Source of the DNA: a virus
Lineage: Duplodnaviria > Caudoviricetes
Direction: 5' to 3' (one strand)
Virus record (IMG/VR): IMGVR_UViG_3300036774_000105
Location: 1-52,942 of that record
DNA length: 52,942 nucleotides
Shown here: in pieces, positions 29,061 to 36,351 of the stretch
Position numbering within the stretch: position 1 is the stretch's first letter
How the letters are laid out: every line of letters begins with the position of its first letter
Notes under the pieces: generated by a model
The model's database searches: none
What the model saw: only the letters and a program-made list of their open reading frames with translations
Told to the model about the DNA's origin: nothing
Position numbers and translations under genes: made by a program

Positions 29061-30287
29061 CTACCCAGTCACCGAAATATCGGTGTCTTTCCTGCCCACT
29101 GAATAAATTCCAAGACCGGGAAGCTCTCCCACTTCACAGGGTTGTAAGGTTTTCCCCTTGGCTACAATTAGTTTCGATTTCGCTATGTGCGTTGGCATAT
29201 ATTCATCCACCTGATCTATACAGGTCAGGGCGGTTCGCAGATTAATCTTCCCCAAGCAAGCAGGAGGATCGTCTTTCATAGTCAGTTTCTCTGTCTCCTG
29301 CGCCGCCTTTTCATACCAGTCCATGTCCAAGTAGCCGTAACGCATTACTCCCTGGTATGGGTTTGTGGGGTTTGTGGGGTCTGTTATATTTTTATAAGGC
29401 AGCTTGCTTTCGTAGAACATCGGCCCATCTCCATGCCTGGTCATGTATGTTCTGGTCACCAAGTAGATATCCAGGTCGAGTGATGTTTTCACCAATCGTA
29501 GGGCGTCTAAAACGTTTGTCATCCCCGTGCTACTCCGTGTCCCATAGGTCGGGTCCCGTTTTTGATCGAGCAGCATTCCCTGGGCTCCCTCAAACACTAT
29601 CCTTCCCTTCGGGTGCTTTGCCAGGAATCGATCAATCACCGTCTCCTCTGACCAGACGGCGGAATGCTCGATCATCCATTTCGCTCCACGAATGAATAGC
29701 TGGGGAAGGGCTGCAATTTCTACCTTTTCCATTGCAAACTTTTTGAACTCTTCCTTTGGCAGTCCCAATTTATCAAGGCGCCACGGGAGGTGTTCTCCTT
29801 CTATCATCAGGAGAATCTTCATCAACTGAGCCTCTGATTTTTCCAGCAGATCCCGCGCGGTGATTTTCAATTGCCTGAAAATGCTTCTTTCTACCGTCTC
29901 ATTTATCCCGCAGCCGCAGGTGTCGTTTTTCTTTTTGTATTTTACGGAGAACTCGTTCACAAGCATATCGTATGGGGTGGTCACTCTGCAGCGCGGATCG
30001 ATCAGAACTTCCCTCGGTGCTGCGTCTTTCAAAAGTCCAAGCTCTTTCATGAATATAAGAGGGTTCAGAATGAAATGACTTGCCAGAAGAGTCCTGGCCC
30101 CCCGTAGGGAGCCAGAACCGAAGTGATGAAAAACATGACTGCGTCCATCGGCAAGGTTGACGGCATGCGATGCCTGGCCTCCTCCATTGAATCGGATATT
30201 CAAGGTTTCTGAATCCGAAAGGAAATTGATGATGTGCCCTTTCCCTTCGTCGCCATAATTCATTCCAATGACCGCATACGCCTTCAT
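29061..30287 (-). CDS. Adenylosuccinate synthetase-like protein (divergent PurA family)
   Basis: GMNYGDEGKG, RFNGGGQASH, FEGAQGMLLD, TRTYMTRHGDGP, MRYGYLD, ALTCID. Confidence 0.85.
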   Translation of the reverse strand: MKAYAVIGMNYGDEGKGHIINFLSDSETLNIRFNGGGQASHAVNLADGRSHVFHHFGSGSLRGARTLLASHFILNPLIFMKELGLLKDAAPREVLIDPRCRVTTPYDMLVNEFSVKYKKKNDTCGCGINETVERSIFRQLKITARDLLEKSEAQLMKILLMIEGEHLPWRLDKLGLPKEEFKKFAMEKVEIAALPQLFIRGAKWMIEHSAVWSEETVIDRFLAKHPKGRIVFEGAQGMLLDQKRDPTYGTRSSTGMTNVLDALRLVKTSLDLDIYLVTRTYMTRHGDGPMFYESKLPYKNITDPTNPTNPYQGVMRYGYLDMDWYEKAAQETEKLTMKDDPPACLGKINLRTALTCIDQVDEYMPTHIAKSKLIVAKGKTLQPCEVGELPGLGIYSVGRKDTDISVTG

Positions 30288-30302
30288 CCCGTTTTCCTTT
30301 CT

Positions 30303-31244
30303 TTAGAGAACCGCGTCCAGGTTCTTTGCGCTTGCTGGGGCGATTTCGATGTCCTTCAGGGCGGCTCCCACCACCATGCCTGTCGATCTATCCCAGGAGG
30401 CCGTCACATCGCGCAGACTCCTTCCTGCCGAAAGCTCCAGGACAGATACGATTGTTTCCCCCAGCTTCGTATGGTCATCAAGGGGGATGACGTGCTGGGC
30501 TCCCAGGACTTCATCCCAGGAAGTTTTCGTTGGGGGGAACTTCCCATTGTTCCCTTCCCGGATCACGATGTGGAAGACATTCCATTCGGGGTAGATCAGA
30601 TCGTACATCTCTTGGGCGCTTCCCCCTTTCAGAACTTCTCCACCCATTGCTCTCTGAATCGCAGAAGCAGACAAGCCCGGGGTGATCTCTTCATCACCGA
30701 TCGTAAAAATGAATCCCTTGCGGCCCCTCTTTGCGAAACAGTCTACGCGCGTCCTGAACTTGGCAAAGTACCAAGCCAGGATATAGCTCTCATGCATGTT
30801 CCCACCACCGCCGCCCTCCAGGAACAGCTTCTCCAGCTGCTCGAAAATGCGGATGTCGGATTCGAATTGTGTTGCCTGGAAAGGTGCAGTGTCTCCCGCT
30901 TCCACGTCCCCGATGCCACAAATGCAAATGTGCGGGTCCACAATCGGCCTGCGCTTGTAGACCTCCTCGCAGACCGTCTTCAGCCCCTTCCTGGCCAGGC
31001 TGTCGATCACCACGTTCATGGATCCGGTGACGTCCAGGGCAAGGATCAGAGGGGTGGATTCTGGATGATCGGGTCCATCCACCGATTCCCTGATTGCGAA
31101 TTTGTGGGGGTCAAGCATCGAGTCCATTGCGGCGCAACGGAAAATGTCCCCTGTCTTTGTGTTGAGATCGTCATAGGCCCCCCGGGTTGGATTCGCTCCC
31201 TTGAATCGATTCCAATCCTCACTTCGATAGCTTCCACTGCCCAT
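30303..31244 (-). CDS. vWA-domain protein
   Basis: LALDVTGSM MIDAS motif, IGD, QFESD, EGGGGGN..ESY, FTIGDE; GGAGGA RBS before MGSGSY. Confidence 0.8.
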   Translation of the reverse strand: MGSGSYRSEDWNRFKGANPTRGAYDDLNTKTGDIFRCAAMDSMLDPHKFAIRESVDGPDHPESTPLILALDVTGSMNVVIDSLARKGLKTVCEEVYKRRPIVDPHICICGIGDVEAGDTAPFQATQFESDIRIFEQLEKLFLEGGGGGNMHESYILAWYFAKFRTRVDCFAKRGRKGFIFTIGDEEITPGLSASAIQRAMGGEVLKGGSAQEMYDLIYPEWNVFHIVIREGNNGKFPPTKTSWDEVLGAQHVIPLDDHTKLGETIVSVLELSAGRSLRDVTASWDRSTGMVVGAALKDIEIAPASAKNLDAVL

Positions 31245-31285
31245 ATGTTCCTCCTGCGGAAAAATAGAAACGCGGCAACGCCGCG

Positions 31286-31738
31286 TCAATCAGCCGAAAG
31301 TAAAAGTGGAAACCTTTTTCCTGATGTATATACCTCCTCAATCTGCGGGCGCAATTGTTCAGCGACCGTTTTCCCGCCGGGCATGACGATGTAAGGCATA
31401 AACTCTTCTTCAAATTCGGCGATGCCACTACTTACTGTTTCCAGTTTTGCCTTTATAGATAAAGACAGGGCCCGCCATCTGCGGCGCGTCTCTTGTAATA
31501 GTGCATCGTCAATTACTCTTGTTTTTCTTTTTCTTCCTGTCGGGGTCTGTGCCACATCGACAGCTTTCGGAAGCGGAAGAATGAAACGAATGTTTCTATT
31601 GCCTGCGCGGAATGCTATGACGGCCCGGGTGCGTTCGATCATGTACCCGAAACCATCCGCTCCGTACTTTGCGAGAATATGCTCGATCTCGCCTTTCGAT
31701 CTTTCAATCGGTACCTCTGTTCCTTGTGCATAGCTCAT
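31286..31738 (-). CDS. Hypothetical phage protein (150 aa)
   Basis: Start MSYAQGTEVP overlaps the HTH stop; WRAL...KAKLE...FEEEFMPY. Confidence 0.6.
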   Translation of the reverse strand: MSYAQGTEVPIERSKGEIEHILAKYGADGFGYMIERTRAVIAFRAGNRNIRFILPLPKAVDVAQTPTGRKRKTRVIDDALLQETRRRWRALSLSIKAKLETVSSGIAEFEEEFMPYIVMPGGKTVAEQLRPQIEEVYTSGKRFPLLLSAD

Positions 31739-31923
31739 TGGTTTTCCTTTGGTCTCCCTCGCTTCCCGTGTAATCCCTTCATCAGCTTTTTCACTTCCTT
31801 TGCGGTCAGGTCGTAGACGCCCCCCCTGACCGTCTCTTTGGGTTTTATCCCAAGGCGACGGCAGGCGGGCTTCAGGGTATTGACCGAGACCCCCGTCAGG
31901 AAGGCTATCCTTTTGAGGGTCAA
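31735..31923 (-). CDS. Small HTH protein with C-terminal AT-hook-like KRGRPK
   Basis: TLKRIAFLTGVSVNTL; coupled to the Ro60 stop. Confidence 0.6.
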   Translation of the reverse strand: MTLKRIAFLTGVSVNTLKPACRRLGIKPKETVRGGVYDLTAKEVKKLMKGLHGKRGRPKENQ

Positions 31924-33269
31924 TCTTCATCACCCCCTTCCTCTTCCTTTTGCTGGGGCTTGCCCAAGTTTTCGTTTGCCACGATGTAACGCACCACCGA
32001 TTCACTGAAGCCATCGATATGCGTCCACCCTTTGCCATACCCCACTCCGTGCTGGTATGCGGCAACGTTGATCAGGTAGCCCCTGTCGTGCGCCACCACC
32101 ATGTCGTGCGACTGTTCATCCGTGATTGCGATGAGAAGGCTTTTCGGATGCGCGTCATGGCATGCCCGCGCTGCCGCTCCCAGTTGCGTACCACTGTGGG
32201 GCTGGCTTTTCATGATCGCATCCATCAGGGCAAACCCGCGCCTGGGCGGGATTGCGACAATGGTGTCGGAAAATGAATAGACATGTGCATGCTCGCTCAT
32301 CTCCCGGATAATCGCAGCCAGGGCGTTTGCCGCATCGAACCTTCTCATGTCGCTCTTTTCAGAAATCGAGTCTCTCATAGACCCTGACGTATCCACCAGG
32401 ACCGTCACTTCCCCTGGAAGTTTCGGCAGCATGGCGGTTGTCTTGAACATGGCCTCCTCGAGGGCATCCTCCAAAGTCGGGGCGTATCGGGCTGCGGCCA
32501 CAAACCGGAACGGAAGAATCCTGGAGACATTCATTTCCTTGATCCCCTGCCGGATGATGACGTCTTCCACTCCCGCTTGCTGCATGTTCCGCAGATTGCG
32601 AAGCATTGCCAGACCACCGATTTTTCTTTCCAGGATCAGGTCGATAAATGTCAATGCCTTGTCTTTCCCCGCGGACAATGCGGTTTCCCAAGTGTCGGGG
32701 ACAGGCAATTTACCATCGATCAGCTGTTTCCAGATCAGGGCCTGCGCCTCGTCTTTCGGCTTTGCGTGGGTGAGGAACAGAACGTCTCTCAGCTTCACGG
32801 CTCCGTCGCGGTTGTACTTGGCAAGCTGGTACGCATCGAACTTCCCGAAGGCTCGAGCAAGCCCTTTCTTGACCTGGGCGGAGAGCGTATGTTTCTTTCT
32901 CCCGATCCAGTAGATCGACAAAAACTCTGCCAGTTCGTCTGCCCTCTGAATCACCGCCTCAATGGTGGAGCCCACCAGTTCCCCGCCCTCCCTTGCCATT
33001 TCTCTGGCAATCAGAAGAGGCACATGGCGCATGTTCATTTGTGTCCTGGCTTCGATGGCGATTGCCGATGCGATCTCCTGGGACACTTCTGGAACCAGAT
33101 CCGCGATGCGTTGCGCAATGTCCACGCCGTTCTCGTAGAAGGTCTGCTCCCAGAGAAGGCATGCCATGACCGACCTGCGCAGTTCCTGTGCCGCGTTGAT
33201 CCGTGCAGCAGGCGCACCCTCGTGCGTCCTGGGGCCAGGGGTGGAAACCGGTACATTCGTTCTCGACAT
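31920..33269 (-). CDS. rsr: Ro60/Rsr RNA-binding protein (TROVE + vWA)
   Basis: LLWEQTFYE, QRADEL, FDAYQLAKYNRDGAVKLRDVLFLTHAKP, TWETALS, AMLRNLRNM, LPFRF, LVDTSGSM, ITDEQ, IDGFSE. Confidence 0.92.
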   Translation of the reverse strand: MSRTNVPVSTPGPRTHEGAPAARINAAQELRRSVMACLLWEQTFYENGVDIAQRIADLVPEVSQEIASAIAIEARTQMNMRHVPLLIAREMAREGGELVGSTIEAVIQRADELAEFLSIYWIGRKKHTLSAQVKKGLARAFGKFDAYQLAKYNRDGAVKLRDVLFLTHAKPKDEAQALIWKQLIDGKLPVPDTWETALSAGKDKALTFIDLILERKIGGLAMLRNLRNMQQAGVEDVIIRQGIKEMNVSRILPFRFVAAARYAPTLEDALEEAMFKTTAMLPKLPGEVTVLVDTSGSMRDSISEKSDMRRFDAANALAAIIREMSEHAHVYSFSDTIVAIPPRRGFALMDAIMKSQPHSGTQLGAAARACHDAHPKSLLIAITDEQSHDMVVAHDRGYLINVAAYQHGVGYGKGWTHIDGFSESVVRYIVANENLGKPQQKEEEGGDED

Positions 33270-33290
33270 GGAGTCCTCCTCTCCAGTAAT

Positions 33291-33302
33291 AAAAAAGGCC
33301 AG
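33291..33302 (-). terminator. U6 tract after the last Y-like RNA stem (possible attenuator before ro60)
   Basis: GGCCAG/CUGGCC terminal stem followed by UUUUUU. Confidence 0.45.
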
Positions 33303-33364
33303 GGATCATTTCGGCTGCGGGTTTTTCTTGATGATAGAAGTAACCGCCTCCTACGCCACTGGCC
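33297..33364 (-). ncRNA. Y-like RNA 4 (minimal, 68 nt)
   Basis: Terminal stem GGCCAG/CUGGCC; conserved UGGCGUAGGAGGCGGUUACUUC; abuts ro60. Confidence 0.75.
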
Positions 33365-33378
33365 ATGATCTCATAAAA

Positions 33379-33482
33379 TCTCCGGGTGTAGGCGGAAGGG
33401 CGTTAGACGGGCTTGAACCGTCGGGGGCCTGGGTTTTCCCTTGCCCCTCTATCCGAAGTAGCCTTTCCTGTCGCCACGGAGA
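33379..33482 (-). ncRNA. Y-like RNA 3 (104 nt, with T-arm-like hairpin)
   Basis: Stem UCUCCG/CGGAGA; UGGCGACAGGAAAGGCUACUUC; GACGG-UUCAAGC-CCGUC. Confidence 0.75.
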
Positions 33483-33493
33483 ATTGAGAGAAA

Positions 33494-33640
33494 GAGGCTG
33501 GAAATAATCGGTTCGGGTTGCGGCCTTTCGGCCAGCGCTCTTCCGCCTGAGCTACCCTCCCACGAAATGGAAGGGATGGGATTCGAACCCATGACCTCTT
33601 CATTAAAATTGAAGTAACCCGCTCCTGTCGCCACAGCCTC
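33494..33640 (-). ncRNA. yrlA: Y-like RNA 2, YrlA-type with permuted tRNA-like domain (147 nt)
   Basis: Stem GAGGCUG/CAGCCUC; UGGCGACAGGAGCGGGUUACUUC; anticodon arm, AGGUC, T arm (UUCGAAU), loop-closed acceptor stem, D arm. Confidence 0.85.
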
Positions 33641-33654
33641 ATGCTCTCAAAAAT

Positions 33655-33734
33655 GAGCGGGTACGGCCGGATCCGGTTATCCCTTTCGGGAATCGTGACA
33701 AGTTACGAAGTAACCGGTTCCTATCACCACGCTC
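33655..33734 (-). ncRNA. Y-like RNA 1 (80 nt)
   Basis: Stem GAGCG/CGCUC; UGGUGAUAGGAACCGGUUACUUC pairing with UAACCGGAUCC; UCCC-GAAA-GGGA hairpin. Confidence 0.75.
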
Positions 33735-33747
33735 GTTTCAAGTCAAG

Positions 33748-33776
33748 AATCTATCGTATAAGGTGATTTATGTCAA
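33748..33776 (-). promoter_or_regulatory. Sigma70-type promoter TTGACA-17-TAGATT for the Y RNA/ro60 operon
   Basis: Perfect -35 and 17-nt spacer; predicted start about 33741, a few nt before Y RNA 1. Confidence 0.75.
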
Positions 33777-33781
33777 GCACC

Positions 33782-34003
33782 TTATTCCCCGCCCGACTTG
33801 TCGACGTCTGCAAGCTGGGGCTTCTCGTTGTTCTCCTTCATTCTCACATCGACCGTGAGGCCGTCGATTTCCGCTACTGCCATCCCCAGCTGCCTGGTGT
33901 ACGGGCATTCAAGGACGATCTGCAGCTGGTCTCCATTTTCCAGCCCGCGCCTGAATGCCTTCTTCACCACAAACCGCTTCCCTTCAAACTCTTTTCCCGC
34001 CAT
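33782..34003 (-). CDS. Hypothetical protein
   Basis: MAGKEFEG..., GGAAGGAG RBS. Confidence 0.55.
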   Translation of the reverse strand: MAGKEFEGKRFVVKKAFRRGLENGDQLQIVLECPYTRQLGMAVAEIDGLTVDVRMKENNEKPQLADVDKSGGE

Positions 34004-34017
34004 GCGCTCTCCTTCCT

Positions 34018-34269
34018 TTACTTGGTTTTTTGATGGTCGCATGTCGTTTCGTTTCCGACCCATGCCCCATCGTCTTCCATGATCCCGATCCTCTGGCACT
34101 GCATTCCCTCCTTTCCATTTCGGAACTTTGGCACCACCACGCTCTTGCAGAACCTGCAAGTGTCCAAACTCCCCATAGGTGCTTGCCTGAACCGCAACTG
34201 ACGCTTTATCAATTCATATGGGCTGATTTCAAGAGCCCTCGCTGTAGAACGAATATTCTCCTCGTTCAC
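34018..34269 (-). CDS. Hypothetical Cys-rich protein
   Basis: CRFC...C...C. Confidence 0.5.
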   Translation of the reverse strand: MNEENIRSTARALEISPYELIKRQLRFRQAPMGSLDTCRFCKSVVVPKFRNGKEGMQCQRIGIMEDDGAWVGNETTCDHQKTK

Positions 34270-34478
34270 GTTTCGTCCCCTCCCATCTTGCTTTCAAGCA
34301 TAGCAAGGAAGTTTTTTTTCAACATGCCTTCTTCATCAAATGCGCTCTTTGGCATCCAGAACTTTGTCCCATCATCTGCAATCAGCAGATACGCCCGCTC
34401 CGTTTCATGCTCAATTTCAAACTCGGTATCAGCTCCTGTTCCTGCCAGCCCAATGCAAGGATCGCTATTCCTGCTCAT
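34266..34478 (-). CDS. Hypothetical protein
   Basis: HETERAYLL...FWMPKS small beta domain. Confidence 0.5.
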   Translation of the reverse strand: MSRNSDPCIGLAGTGADTEFEIEHETERAYLLIADDGTKFWMPKSAFDEEGMLKKNFLAMLESKMGGDET

Positions 34479-34902
34479 CTTGCTCTCCCGAGGCTTTGGA
34501 TTTCCCGTCTCTGAATCCCGGCTTTCGATGGCCTTTCTTTTTCTTTGGCCCTTCAATTCCTTGCGGATGGCACGCGGTGCAGTGGTGAATATTCAACAAC
34601 CGTTCGGCAACCAGAAACCTTCCGCAGACATCGCACTTCTTGAAGCAGAGGCAGGATGGCTGGTAGTAGGTGAAGTGTCCGTATTGACTATCGACCTCAA
34701 TCTTTTCATATGGCCTTTCACATCCCTCGATTGGGCAAGGCCCGCCGATGCGCTCCAGTTGCAGGGCCAGGATGATTTGTGTGTTTCCCGCAGCCGCATC
34801 GATGCACATTCTATAACCGTCTTCCACGGCTTCGTCTGTAAAATGCCCACGAGGAGTCCACTGTTTGATAGACTTGTCGATTGTTGTTTTAAGGTCGCTC
34901 AT
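34465..34902 (-). CDS. Cys-rich protein downstream of the replication initiator
   Basis: Multiple CxxC motifs; coupled to the rep stop. Confidence 0.55.
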   Translation of the reverse strand: MSDLKTTIDKSIKQWTPRGHFTDEAVEDGYRMCIDAAAGNTQIILALQLERIGGPCPIEGCERPYEKIEVDSQYGHFTYYQPSCLCFKKCDVCGRFLVAERLLNIHHCTACHPQGIEGPKKKKGHRKPGFRDGKSKASGEQDEQE

Positions 34903-35678
34903 CCCGTTCTCCTGCGCCTTTCCAGCAGTCCATCGATTTGACTGTGGAAAATGTTGTAGCCCATTCCTGTTCCGTTCTTCTGCACAAAGTCTGTCGGTTC
35001 CTCAAAAAAAACCTGCACCAGCGACCCCAGGACTTCCACCCCAAGGCGTCCGATGTCGGCGCGGACCAGCTTCATGATTTTTCCATCCCAGGTCGGTTTC
35101 GCTCCTTCGTATTCGCCCATGAAAAGCTCCTGGTAATAATCGGTGAACTCACGTACGTCCTTGTCTTTTCTTTCTTTCTTCACAAGGTGAGGAAGGGGGG
35201 CCTTTTCGGGTGAATGCAATGTATTAAGAGTAAGATTATTAAGAGTAAGACTAGTCAGGTGGCCATTTCCGTTCCCATTTCCTTGCCCTGTCAAGACTTG
35301 TCCCTGGGGGGGGTGTCCGGCTTTTCCCGGCGACCCCTCCCCGGCTTTTCCCGGCGACCCCCCTGGGGGGTGTCCGGCTTTTCCCGGCGACCCCCCCAGG
35401 CTGGTAAGGCGTATAATCCTGCGTACTCCTGTCGCGGTTGTCTGCATTTCACAAGCGATATGACCTGCTTCCTGAAGCTGTTTTACCCACGCGCCAACCG
35501 TCGCAGGGTCCACTTGATATAGATTTGAGAAGTAACCGTTGGATGCCCACGAGTAACCGTCGCTGGTGTTTTGAAGTGCTGAAATCTCGGAGTACAGAAT
35601 CTTCGCGTTCGGACAGAGGCGCTCATCGTAGCGCACATTGGCAGGTAGAACAGCCCAGTAAGAAGGATGATCTTCCAT
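34899..35678 (-). CDS. Phage replication initiator (N-terminal winged HTH, iteron-encoding linker)
   Basis: YWAVLPANVRYD..L...AKILYSEISAL...WASNGYFSNLY; internal GSPGKAG repeats. Confidence 0.8.
   Translation of the reverse strand: MEDHPSYWAVLPANVRYDERLCPNAKILYSEISALQNTSDGYSWASNGYFSNLYQVDPATVGAWVKQLQEAGHIACEMQTTATGVRRIIRLTSLGGSPGKAGHPPGGSPGKAGEGSPGKAGHPPQGQVLTGQGNGNGNGHLTSLTLNNLTLNTLHSPEKAPLPHLVKKERKDKDVREFTDYYQELFMGEYEGAKPTWDGKIMKLVRADIGRLGVEVLGSLVQVFFEEPTDFVQKNGTGMGYNIFHSQIDGLLERRRRTG
35221..35394. repeat. Putative origin: 3 x 21-bp iterons ccggcttttcccggcgacccc plus AT-rich 2 x tattaagagtaaga
   Basis: Iterons at 35317, 35341 and 35374; AT-rich repeats at 35222 and 35237; all inside the rep gene. 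Confidence 0.75.
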
Positions 35679-35690
35679 GTCCCCTCCCGT

Positions 35691-35770
35691 AAAATAAAAA
35701 CCCCTCAAGGGTGGCTCTGTTGGTTTCAGACTCGCGCATCCGGCAGAATGCGCTCACCACCCCCAAGGGG
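35691..35770 (-). terminator. Long stem with U-tract directly upstream of rep (attenuator-like)
   Basis: CCCCTTGGGGGTGG...CCACCCTTGAGGGG-TTTTTATTTT enclosing a GCGCAT/ATGCGC hairpin. Confidence 0.55.
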
Positions 35771-35892
35771 TCTCACTGCTGCCGCAGCCCGTGCGGGTTA
35801 CCATCCCGCTCAGTTGCCCCGTATTTTAGCGCCCCTTTTTCTTTGAGTCAAGCTCAATCACCAATCCGCGATCCGTCATATACTGGCGGACT

Positions 35893-36351
35893 TCATCCCC
35901 TATCTTCAGCCCCGACTGGGGGCTCAGAGTCAGTTGCAGGATGTTCCTCGGTCCCTTGCGGATCGTGTACGTCTCCGTTGTTCTGTTCTTCGACAGCAGT
36001 CTCTTCTGCATCGCTTCCTCCTTTCTTCCCGAATCTCTTCATCGCGCAATCGGCCCGGAACAGATCCCACTGTTCACTCAGGCTTTCTATCGCGAGCCTT
36101 TCCTCTATCGTCATGCGGTCAATCCTGTTCAGAAAAACTTTGAACAGCACCGCATCGATGGCCCCTACCGCCAGGGTCTGCATACACCCGACGATCCTTT
36201 CGTTCCAGTCGGCTTCACTCATTCCATAATTTCTTTTTCGATAGAAACTTCCGTCATCCCTAAGAATCTGAACGGCTGCCACAGCTCCTTTCATGGCCGC
36301 GTCCAATTCCTTCAGGACAGATTCATCGACGTCAATTACTTCTACCGGCAT
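35893..36351 (-). CDS. Hypothetical protein
   Basis: 152 aa, AAGGAGGG RBS. Confidence 0.55.
   Translation of the reverse strand: MPVEVIDVDESVLKELDAAMKGAVAAVQILRDDGSFYRKRNYGMSEADWNERIVGCMQTLAVGAIDAVLFKVFLNRIDRMTIEERLAIESLSEQWDLFRADCAMKRFGKKGGSDAEETAVEEQNNGDVHDPQGTEEHPATDSEPPVGAEDRG

Noticed and set aside
29061-30287. PurZ (2-aminoadenine, Z-genome pathway)
   Set aside because: The protein keeps the PurA catalytic Asp (GDEGKG) where PurZ has Ser, and no DatZ, MazZ or DNA polymerase is recognisable in the window.
33535-33614. Canonical tRNA-Lys gene
   Set aside because: The arm order is permuted, the acceptor is closed by a loop, and the whole unit is nested in a Y-RNA stem.
33297-33734. CRISPR array or simple DNA repeat
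   Set aside because: The repeats are degenerate, unevenly spaced and embedded in self-closing covarying stems; there is no cas operon.
35826-36011. Small AbrB-like ORF overlapping 35893..36351
   Set aside because: It overlaps the upstream gene extensively and has no clear start or RBS; it is possible but unsupported.
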